A stretch of 55,595 nt of DNA, the filler included, from Jimgerdemannia flammicorona (taxonomy: Eukaryota): assembly GCA_003990765.1 (NCBI GenBank). It is 2 parts of 2 records of this genome, joined end to end, with 100 filler letters (N's around TTAATTAATTAA, not from the genome) between each part and the next. Parts side by side here need not be neighbours in the genome. Positions count along the whole stretch, not along the records: positions 27,855 to 55,595 come from RBNJ01000609.1; 1 more part is not named here. One strand, written 5' to 3'. Below are positions 35,583 through 46,438 of this stretch, piece after piece. Both the position numbers and the translations under genes were made by a program. Each line of letters begins with the position of its first letter. Position 1 is the stretch's first letter. A model generated the notes under the pieces. That model worked only from the letters and a program-made list of their open reading frames with translations. It ran no database searches and was not told where the DNA came from.

Positions 35583-38500
35583 ATTGAATAGTCTTGATGG
35601 GGATATTTTGAGGTGTTCTTGAGAGTGTATCAGCATTGGTATTGGTCATTCCTGAGTAGTGCTTGACAGTACAGTCATACTCTTGAAGCCTGTAGATCTA
35701 TCTGACATATATTCCTTTGGGGTTCAGAGTGTGGAATAGCCAGGCAAGAGTGGAGTGGTCTGTTTGAATAGTGAAGTGTTTCTTGGCTAAGTAGTAGTGG
35801 AACTTGTCTACTGCCCAAACTATTGCTATGTAAGCATTCAAGCTTACATAACTCATAGTTCTCTTCTGCACTACAGGTACCTTGGCTTATGTAGGAGATG
35901 ATATATTCATGTTCATCTTTCTTCTGAGCTAGGACTGCTCCACTTGTGTCTGTCTGCAGGATGAATTCTAGGTTCCAGTCTGGTCTTCTGAGGATAGGTG
36001 CTTGGGTTAATCTGGTCTTGAGTTCATTGAAGGTTTCTTGGTGCTCCTTGGTCCATTTGAATTTGGTCTCCTTCTTCAGTAGCTCATAGATAGGTGCTGC
36101 AATGTTGGAGTATTCTTTGATGAATTTTCTGTAGTAGCTGGCCAGTCCAAGGAAGGCATAGACTTCTGTGGTTGTTCTGGGTCTCAGGTAGGCTGCAACA
36201 GCCTCAATCTTCATGGGGTCTGTGTGGATTCTAGTCTGGTTGATGAGGTGTTCTAGATAGGTGATTTCTTAAGCTGCAAACTTGCATTTCTTGGGCTTGA
36301 TGTAGAGGTCATGCTCCTTGAGCTTCTTGAGGGCTAGCTATATGTGATTGATATGTTCCCATGCAGTATTGCTGAAGATAATTATATCATCAACATAGAC
36401 AAAGAGCTATTTTCCAATCTCATTGCTGAAGACTCTATTCATCATTCACTGAAAACTTACTGGGGCATTGCACATTCCAAATGGTATTCACAGGTATATA
36501 TAGGTGGCATCAGGTGTGATGAAGGCTGATTTCTCACTGGCATCTTGAGTGAGACCAATCTGATGAAAGCCTGAGAACAGATCCAAGATAGTGTAGTATT
36601 TGGCTTTACTTCCAAGAGTGGTAAGGATTTCTTGAATATTTGGCAAGGGCTGTCTATCCTTCTTGGTAATGGCATTGAGTTTCCTGTAATCAATGCAGAG
36701 TCTTGGTGTGAATTCTCCAGACTTGCTTCCTTTTTTTGGAGTAAGGACAATAGGTGAGGCCCAGGGGCTGATAGCTTGCTTGATGATTCCAGCTTCTTCC
36801 ATTTCCTTGAGTTCTGCTTACAGCAACTCTCTGTAGGCAGGTGGTATGGGTCTGGTTTTCTGATAGATGGGCTTGGTATCACTAGTGTCAACTTCGTGGT
36901 AGTACTTGGGTTCTTGATTGTGGATATCCCTGAAGTCTGTAGCAAGTACTCCTTTGTTCTGATACAGGATCTTGAGAAGTTATTCCTCCAGGGGAAAGTT
37001 TTCTCCAATAGTATATGTGTGCTTATTCTGGTCCTTGTCTTTCTTATGTTCAAGTTTGGTAATCTTGGTGGTAGCATAGGCTCCTCTTCCAGTAGATCCA
37101 AAGTCTTGTTCTTCTCTCTTGATCTTGATGAGTTTGATAGCTTCAATGATCTGGGGTTTCTTGATTTCGTGGATCAGTATCTGGCCAATCCTGTCATACT
37201 TCTTGACTTCAAAGGGGGTGGTGTGGTTGTGATTTCTGACTATGAGGAAGATCTTGCCAGTGTAATCAGAGTCAATTACTCCTTCTTTAACTGAGATTTC
37301 GCTTTTGGCCAGACTGCTCCTGGTCTTGATGATTCCAGCATGGTCCTCTGATAGCTTGACTCCAATTCTAGTGCCAAGTAGGGTGGTGGTCTATGGTTTG
37401 AGGGTAGTATCTTAAATTCTGGCAAGGTCTTTTCCTATGGCTCCTTTAGTCTTGTATTCTGGGATCTTGGCTTTGGGGTGAAACTTCTTGACCTTGAGGG
37501 TGATGTCTGATTCTTGTTCCTCCTCATCATTGCTGTCAGCTTGGAGCTCTGGGGGCTGGTCATCTTCTTTGGCTTTTCTTTTTGCTTTGGTAGCTTCTTG
37601 CTCATATTTCTGTTAGCAGATTTTTCTGACTTCACTGATACAGAACCAGCAGTCATTCAGGTGTTCAGAGCAGTACATCCTAGTACTATGGGGGCATCTT
37701 CCTTGAGGGGCATAGCCATCAATGATCTTGTTGTACCACTGCTCATCTGTGAGCTTAGGTATCTTGTTCTTATTCTTGTTCACCAAGTGCATGAAGACCT
37801 CTGTCTTCTTTATCTCCTTCCTCCATGTCTGGTAGAACTCCTTTGTGGACATTGATAGAGACTCATATCTTTCTTCCTCTATAGTTGATCTGCATCTTCT
37901 GGGCATTGAGGTCAATGATGGCCTTGGCCTTATGAAGCCATTGGTTGCCAATGAGGATGTTATAGTTGGTGGCACTTGTACCAATCATATCTACTAGGAT
38001 GGTAGCTCCTCTTATCTTGATGGGAACTTCTCAGATTTTGCCAAAGGGGGTAGCTCATGTACTATCTGCTGTAACATAGACCATTTTGGTGGACTCTTCA
38101 ATGTCCCAACCTAGGTGGTCAATTGCCTTCTTGCTCATGAGACATCTTCCAGCACTAGTATCAATGATGGCATCAAAGATACAGTCTTCGATTTGAAATG
38201 GGGTATAAGCTGATGTCTTGTACTGGTCTTCAGATTCTTCACCTGAGTTCTTGGATTCTTCTTGTACATTGTGAGCTTCTACAATCTTGTACTCTTAATT
38301 CTTGGTAGTAGTTGCAAGTTCTACTCTCAACTGCTGTCTGAAGGCAGGGACTTCGGCTAGCTGTCCAAAGGTGGCATTGACCTTCTGTTCCTTGAGGTCC
38401 TTGTAGATATCATACTGGTGGATCTTGGTCTTGTACAGCTTCTGTTCCTTCTTACTTTCACTTTCTCCTGAGACTGGAGTAGTACCTACAATAATTTGGT

Positions 38501-39600
38501 GGACAGCTTCATCTAACTCTATGTCTTGATCAATCTCCTTGGGTTGGGTCTTGCTTTGAATAGTAATAGCTGGGGTCTTCTTTGGTCTTCCAACTGGCTT
38601 ACTGTTGCTCTTCTTATCATAGGGCTTGGACTGGGTTCTGGTATCTTCAGTAGCTGGGTAGAATTCAAGCTCCTTGTAGTATTCTTCATCATCAGTGTCA
38701 CCAATCTCCTCAATGACTACTGCATTGGTTTGTTCTCTGGTTCTGCTAGCATTACTTGATTGGGCTTTGTATCTTATTTTGATCATGCAAATTCTTTGCA
38801 TAGTGGCCTTCTTCTCCACATCTGAAGCATGTGATATTATATTCTTCTGTAGCAGCTGCAAATCTCTGCACTGGTCTCCTGTTGGCACTTTGGACTTCTC
38901 TAACAACATCACCAAGATGTGCAGTCATCTCAGCGAACTGCTTGGCAAGTTCTTCCACTGGGTCAGCTTTGGCTATCTTGGGGGTAGGTGGGGTTGGTTG
39001 TCTGTTTACAACTGTGGCAGGTAGGATACTAGTTGGCTTTGATGGCTCCATCTTGATACCAGTTATTTTCTCCATTGAATGTTTGACAGGGTATCTGGCA
39101 GTCCAATATCTCTGTGCAAAGACCACTTTCTGATTAAGGGTCAGTGCAGCTGGGGTAGACTGGATTGCTAGAGCAATTTCAGGGTGAACTCTTTTGAGGA
39201 AGGTTGAATCCACTATTTGTTCCTTAAGGTGGTCATCATAGCCAGCCAAGACAATCTGGTGACAGATTCGGGTATAGAATGAGTTGGGATCTTCACTAAG
39301 TCTCTGGAAGATAGTATTGAGTTGATCTTTGAGAGCTTGCTTGATCTCTTCAGTATAATATATTATTCTGAGGAAGACCTTCATGTTGGCAAGTTTGGCT
39401 GCACCAGCATCAGCAATGGTGGCTGCATTAAACTTGTCTCTGGCAGGTCCTCTGAGGCTGACTGGTAGAAGGGCCAATTGAGCATCTACACCACAGGCTT
39501 GTATGGTGGTGAATTGTTCAATGTCTTCAATGAAGGTCAGGATTAACTCTTCAGTAGTATATCTATAGAATATGGGAGGATATATTTCCATCTTGTCTTG
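35575..39600 (-). pseudogene. gag-pol: Element C gag-protease-RT-RNase H
   Basis: ORFs 38752-39591, 38295-38915, 36488-36802 (SPWASP, LCIDYRKLN, LDLFSGFHQI) and 35675-36214 (QTDTSG). Confidence 0.92.
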
Positions 39601-39710
39601 AATTCTTACAGGGGTGACTCTTGTAGTCAGGGTAGTTGTTGTGGGGTTATTTGTTTTTCAGCTTGAAAGTGAGGGATTCATCTTGAATCACTGGTCAATG
39701 GGTATCAAGT

Positions 39711-41201
39711 TGTCACATAGTGGTTGCTGAGTCCTTCAAATATACCAGATTCTCTTCAAGGTGTATCTCTTAGACTAACTCAAGTTTGTTATATGTAAGC
39801 AAGTTCTTATTGGAGTACCTTCCCAAGGTTTTATAGTCCTCAAACTTCTTATCTTTAACTGTCTTGTTATCTCTTAGATTGCTTGCAAGAAAATGTTTGT
39901 AAGTAAACTTGACTGACTTTATTTCAGAGGAAATAAGAGGAGTATTTATATAAAATATAATTCAATGGTTGCTAAGATATAAAGCTAAATATAAATTCCA
40001 ATAACTAAAACTACTAAGTTTCAGGGTCAGCACTGATGGTTGTTTAGGTTCAGGATGCTGGTATAATTCAGTGTCACATCAGAATACTGGTACTGGAATA
40101 ATTTTGCATCACCTCAGAATACTAGTGCTGGCATTATTCAGTATAATAAAGAACTTAGAGCAGAAAGTTCAGGATCGTGGGGGCTTCATCATCATCATCA
40201 TCACTGAAGGAGATGAGATTTACAAATTCATTATCGCATGATTCACATACTTTGTATATATCAATGTCATGTGAGATGACATCATCACCAATGATATCAT
40301 CACATTTGGTGGGGAAATCGGGAATAAGATCTGGAGCTCTCCAGTCTATGAGGTTCTCTTCCAAAAAATAAGGAATAAATGTGGGGTTTTGGAGAGGTCT
40401 AATCTGGATGCTTGGGCCTTGAAATACTGAGATCAATTCTTGCAGGAATTGGTCTGAGTTGTCTTGAAGAATGGGATGCCAGAAGTCTTCTACTTCATCA
40501 TTATTGAGAGTGATAGTGGACTGAGCTTCTGTGGCTACCCTGGCTTCTAGTGCATTGATATGGTAGGATGACAGGTCTCTGAAATCTGAGACTCTAACAT
40601 ACTCTAAGTTGGGGATCGACCATAGTGCATGCCTGAAGATCTGATGGATCTTCTTAGCTATCCTTGCCTTACATATATCTATGAGAGTGGCATCTTGTAG
40701 CTCTTGAGGGCTGGCCTGTAGGAACTCTCGGCAGAGGAGGTTTCCTATTTCGTACTCCTGCCACATTTGGAGGCATTCGGTAGCAATGGTGATCCTTGTT
40801 TCCATTTTACAATAGTAGAGGATAAAGTGATAGAGATCTGCAGTACTCAGGCTAACATTAGGAGTCCTTTTTGAGTGAGTCCTCATGGCTCTTCTGATGT
40901 CTTAGAACATCCTTTCTTTGACTGAGATACCCTGATGGTTCCTTGACCTTGAGATTTGGTGGGCAGCAGACATTTCATTTGTGGTAAGTCTTTGAGCTAT
41001 TTTGAGATTGGTGGGTCTTATTGGTTGCTGCTACTATGGTTCCTTAATCCTTATTTTATATTCTTCAGAATGCTTGTACTGTGGTCACAATGACTCACAG
41101 TTGGTCATCATTGCTCATCTCATATACCGTATAAACTTCTTGTGCTCTGATCTGGTGGCTTGTAAGGAAAGGCTGTCTCCTGTGCTGATGTCATCATTCT
41201 A
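39711..41201 (-). repeat. 5' LTR of element C (outer ~120 bp missing)
   Basis: Starts TGTCACA; identity to the 3' LTR ends at ~41201. Confidence 0.88.
40155..40886 (-). CDS. Still-open 243-aa part of the element C accessory ORF in the 5' LTR
   Basis: ATG-initiated uninterrupted ORF containing the conserved EYEIGNLL...IAKKIHQIF...IPNL core and an acidic tail. Confidence 0.55.
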   Translation of the reverse strand: MRTHSKRTPNVSLSTADLYHFILYYCKMETRITIATECLQMWQEYEIGNLLCREFLQASPQELQDATLIDICKARIAKKIHQIFRHALWSIPNLEYVRVSDFRDLSSYHINALEARVATEAQSTITLNNDEVEDFWHPILQDNSDQFLQELISVFQGPSIQIRPLQNPTFIPYFLEENLIDWRAPDLIPDFPTKCDDIIGDDVISHDIDIYKVCESCDNEFVNLISFSDDDDDEAPTILNFLL

Positions 41202-43154
41202 GATTACAAGATCTATTATAGTTAAGTAGTCTTTCTTAATTAAGTTGAAAGATTATTTCATCTATAATATAATTTAAAAAAAAGGAGAAAATCTTAGAGA
41301 ATATATAAAAAGTACTATAGAAGTAGATATATCTAAGTATATAGTAATCTATATAGACTATAAAGAGCTATTTTAGTAGAAAGTAGCACTATTTCTAAAA
41401 AATAGTAACTATGGCCAGAAGTTTCTTTTTATGGATAATATAATATATTTTTACTAGCTTAAGCTTCTGAGATAAATAGGCTACTGGGCAGTTCTCTTAA
41501 CTAAATATAGTCCTAATAGTAATATTTGATATATCTATAGTCAATTTGAATGACCTGAGTACAATCAGTATAGAAATCTTAATAAGTAATCTCTTGAGAT
41601 ATTCTATAACTATTATATTGGCAGAGATCTATTCAGCTTTAATATTAACTCCTTTTTATACTAAACTAGTAAGTAGAGTAGTAATTTTAGAGTATCTCTA
41701 GATAAACTAGTAATAATAATTTATAATCTCTAAGAAATATTGAAGGATCTTGAGAGTAGTGGAAATAGAAATATCCTATAGGGCCAATATCTTTCAGAGA
41801 TCTATATTGATATTATTAGTTGAGATAATGTATTTTAGATATTTAATCTAATCTTAGTAAAACTTATACTTACTTATCTTGATATAAAGCTGGGGTTCTT
41901 ATAATAAAGTCAGTATACTTCAAAGATAGATATAATATAATTTGACTATTTCATTATAGATTAGAATATTATTTATATATATTAGAATATATATATTGAA
42001 CAATAGTCTAAAGATATTATTTATGAGATTTTGAAAGATTGTAGAGATATTAGTTAGATTAAAAGATATAACTTAGAATTGGTAATATTTAAACTATATT
42101 CTGAAAGCTGTTTTCTATATCCTTTTTATTAAAGAGAATCTTGTGATATCTATTTTATAGATAAGAATATCTTAGTTTTGAAAATCTAATAGAGTAGCTC
42201 ATCAATTCTTAATAAAGTATATGAGTTCTTAATAGTGATCTTATTAAAAGTCTGATAGTTAATATATATCTATAATAAGCTATTCTTCTTTTTGACAAAT
42301 AGAATTAGTACTTTAAAGAATGATCTACTTGATTTGATATATTCTTAAACCAGTAGTTTGATTAGTCTTCTTTAAGAACTTTGAGCTCAAGTTGGGCTAG
42401 TTGATAGATACTCTTATATGAGAGTTTAGCTTCTAATATAAGATTAATCTTATGTTGAATTTGATACTTGAGTAAAAAACCTATAGATTTCTGAAAAATA
42501 TCTTGAAATTTCTCAAAGAATTCCTGAGCCTCTAATGAGACTAGGCTAGTTAGAGCTTCTACTACTTCTTCTACTATATAGATATAATAGATATTTTTCT
42601 TCTTGTAAGATAGTCTCTTTATTTAGATAGCAGAAATGAGTTCAATCTCTTAGTAGTTAAGTTTATTTTACTGAGATATATCAGAGTAATTCTTTTTTCT
42701 TTATATAGTAGATCAACTTTATTTATCTATTAGTTAATATCTGAGTTATACTTATTCAACTAAGTCTTTTTAAGAATAATATTATATTCTAGAAATCTAT
42801 AATACTGAAGTCAAGCTTCTCTTAGTACTTACTAATTTTAAGTAGTAGGTTTTTGTAGATTCAGATCAATAGCTGAGTCTTGCTATTACTAAAGATTATT
42901 TATTTCTTTTCTATTATTGGTTTACTTTGAGCTATAATTCTTTTAGCTGTCTTTATACTGCTATAGTTTCTTGTGATACTACTGTCTAATAAAATTACTA
43001 TATTTTATTTATTGACTTATTCTTCAAACTTGATATAATGATCCTTCTTCTTGATGATAGTAAGTTTATTATTATTGTTTCAATTAATTTTATTCTCCTT
43101 AAAGTCAGTCTTGCTCTATTCTTTACAAGTGGTATATTCTGATTTAAATTCTAC

Positions 43155-43735
43155 TAGTACTCTAAACAAGCTGATCTGGATCAGATTCAAATCCTATCTG
43201 GATCAACTTGGATGGAATTTAGATCTTATTTGGATTGATTCAAATTAACTATTATTTTAATTTCCAAATTAGACAATTAAATATTTATATCAATAACTAA
43301 ATGAATAATTATTCAATTTTGATTATTTTGATATCATTTAAAAGCCCTTAATAAGGCCTTTCTAATGATATTAAGAATATTAAAATTGAATTATTCATTA
43401 TTGAGTTATCAAGAAAAATATCTGACTTGCTAATTTTGGAAATTATTCAACTTGCCAATTTTGGAAATTTCTTCAAAAGAATGTTTTCCTTAATAGCTCA
43501 GCAATATGTTATCTGATTTTAACATTCTTGATATCATTAGAAAGGCCATATTAAGGACTTTCAAATAACACTAAGATTATTAAAACTAGATAATTATTCA
43601 TTGAGTTATTAATATAAATATTTAATTATCTAATTTAGAAATCAAAACAATGATTGATTTGAATCAATCTAGATGAGATTCAATCCAAATCCAATCTAAA
43701 TCCATCTAGATTAAATTGACTTGTTTGAAATACTA
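43155..43735. mobile_element. hAT-type MITE M2
   Basis: TAGTACTC...TACTA; degenerate 8-bp TSD AATTCTAC/GATTTCAC differing by transitions only. Confidence 0.85.
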
Positions 43736-43807
43736 GATTTCACTATTATCTTCTTAGTTTGGTATCTTACAATTTGGATTTTGAAAACTTTAGAGAGATA
43801 TATATGT

Positions 43808-44265
43808 TGTAACATAGCGGACACTTACTCTTGAAAGTACGTCGGATTTCTGTATCTTGAAAACTTGACTGTTCTGACTCTTACAGAGTCTCTTGAAGTG
43901 GCAGGGGAGAGTGGGTGAGTTCGAAGTGTATCTGCCCGCAGGCTTACTAGTTCCTTTGCTATCTCTTTGCTTTGAACTATTTCGATCTGAGGTTTATTCA
44001 CTTGAAGATACTGGGTTATTTATACAAGTTTGCTGGCTATAAGAGGGTGGCTAAGTAATAAATGAGTCATTTGGACTTTGTCGAAACATTTGGACAATGT
44101 CTAAATGCTATACTAAATCAGAGTATTCAATTTGGATAATGTCTAAGAATTTAGACAATGTCGAAATCGAGGACTGCTAACTATAATACTATACTACTTT
44201 GGGAATGGGTGCGATCAAGTGTCTATTCCCTATTTCCTTCTTCCAAATCTGGCTGTACCATCACA
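43808..44265 (-). mobile_element. Solo LTR related to element D
   Basis: TGT...ACA; reverse complement of 31680-32139; flanked by ATGT/ATGT. Confidence 0.88.
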
Positions 44266-44764
44266 ATGTATAATATTTACTAATATATTCTATATAGTAT
44301 ATTCAAATAGAATAAGAGTATTATCTATATAGTGCATAACTATCTACAATTTTCTGATACTAGTTTTTATTATTTTTCTTTACTATATTGACTTTTTACT
44401 TATTAGATATTCAGTCAGTAGAGCCAAATCCTTTCTTATCTTGGTCAGACTTATCTAGTTTAGAGACTTCTTTAATAGTGAGGTCTTTTTAGATCTTTTT
44501 GATAATAGTTTGAATAATCCTTTGACTAATCTTTATATTAAAGGACATATTATCAAAGTTTTATAAAATAACTTAGATCTTATAAAGTCTCAGTCAATAA
44601 CTCCTTCTTCTAGATCAATATTGAATTCTTTGACAAGTTTACTTTAATCAGCTAGGTGATGTAGAGGCTTGTATTCCAATATCAGTTTATACTATTATAT
44701 TTGAATCTAGTGAGATAGTGAGATTCTAGCTACTGTAAAGATCATAATCTGCATTAGTTGGATC

Positions 44765-45398
44765 TAGTGCTCCTAATGAGTCAATTTAATCCAGATTGGA
44801 TTTGAATTGATTTGGATTGATTCGGATTGAATCCCATCTGGATCAACTCGGATGGGATTCAAATCCCATCCAGATCAACTCGGATTGGATTCGAATCCCA
44901 TCTGGATGGATTCGAATCAACCATTGTTTTGATTTCCAAATTAGATAATTAAATGTTTACATCAATAACTCAATGAATAATCATCCAAATTTGATGATCT
45001 TGGTGTCATTTAAAAGCCCTTAATAAGGCCTATCTAATGATACCAAGAATATTGAAATCTGATCATGCGTTGCTGAGTTATGAAGGAAACCGTCTGAATC
45101 GCCAATTTTGGAAATTCTTCGATTTGCCGATTTTGGAAATTTCGTCAAATAGAATGTTTTCCTTAATATCTCGGCAACGCGTAATCCGATTTTAATGTTC
45201 TTGATATCATTAGAAAGACCTTATTAAGGGCTTTCAAATGACATCAAGATCATCAAATTTGGATGATTATTCATTGAGTTATTGATGTAAAAATTTAATT
45301 GTCCAATTTGGAAATCAAAACAATGGTTGATTCAAATCCATCCAGATGGGATTTGAATCCATCCGAATCCCATCCAGATTGACTCGTTCGGAGCACTA
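44765..45398. mobile_element. hAT-type MITE M3 (634 bp, least mutated copy)
   Basis: TIR TAGTGCTCC/GGAGCACTA; perfect TSD GTTGGATC; retains many CpG. Confidence 0.93.
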
Positions 45399-45833
45399 GT
45401 TGGATCTATCTTAGTAGAGAGAGTGGTCTTGTATAACATCTTCTATATCTTAATGATATTTTCTAGGCTTTTCTTGTCTAGTTTTCTCCAATTATAGTGA
45501 TGCTATATTTTCTCAATTCACTAGATAGGTCCTTATTCTTTTTTTCAGAATAATTATAGAATATATATATATATATTTTTTTATAGTTAAAGTACAGACT
45601 CTTTTTCTGGAGCTAATTTTATTCATTATCACTATATGACTTAATTCTTCTATAGTCCTTTTTCTGAGTTCTTAGTTTCATAGAGTCTGAGCAGCTAGGA
45701 TTTTATAGACCCTATGTTATACTTAGGTAAAGTATCATAAATAATATCTATATCTCTAAGAGAGATTCTGTTTTTTAATCTTCTATATAAGTCAATCTAG
45801 TAGAACTATAAAGAGATAGTTAACTCTGATACT

Positions 45834-46438
45834 TAGTGCTCCTAATGAGTCAATTTAATCCAGATTGGATTCAGATTAATTCAGATTGAATCCCTTCTGA
45901 ATCAACTTAGATGAGATTCAAATTCCATCCAGATTGACTATTGTTTTGATTTCCAAATTAAACAATTAAATATTTATATCAATAACTTTGATGAATAATC
46001 ATCTAAATTTGATAATCTTAGTGTCATTTGAATGTTCTTAATAAGGTCTTTCTAATGATACTAAGATCATTAAAATTGAATTATATGTTGCTGAGTTAAC
46101 AAGGAAAATATCTGACTTGCTAATTTCAGAAATTATTCAACTTGCCAAGTTTGGAAATTATGTCAAAAAGAACATTTTCCTTAATATCTCAGCAATGCAT
46201 AATCTGATTTTAATGTTCTTGATATCATTAGAAAGGCCTTATTAAGAGCTTTCAAATAATATCAAGATCATTAAAATTGGATAATTATTTATTGAGTTAT
46301 TTATGTAAATATTTAATTGTCTAATTTGAGAATTAAAACAATAGTTGATTTGAATCAATCTGGATGAGATTTAAATCTCATCTGAGTTGATCTAGATGGA
46401 ATTTGAATCTTATCTAGATCAACTTATTCAGAGTACTA
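45834..46438. mobile_element. hAT-type MITE M4
   Basis: TAGTGCTCC...GAGTACTA; flanks CTGATACT/CTGATATA. Confidence 0.87.

Larger units (their letters stand above)
32606..41201 (-). mobile_element. Ty3/Gypsy element C (no chromodomain), ~1.5-kb LTRs, 5' LTR truncated
   Basis: LTRs 32606-34138 (T[G>A]TCACA...TGACA) and 39711-41201; PPT 34139-34148; gag with CFRCGEEGH, protease IIDTSAG, RT, RH and IN. Confidence 0.93.

Noticed and set aside
38295..38297. Stop after C gag as a programmed readthrough site
   Set aside because: Single copy, and equally explained by CAA>TAA decay.
39694..39710. Assigning a primer tRNA for element C
   Set aside because: PBS position reads TGATACCCATTG (TGG probably mutated); cannot be matched to a tRNA by eye.
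44780..44920. Short repeated GATTGGAT/CCATCCAGAT units resembling an array
   Set aside because: No unique spacers or cas genes; these are MITE subterminal repeats, not CRISPR or telomere.
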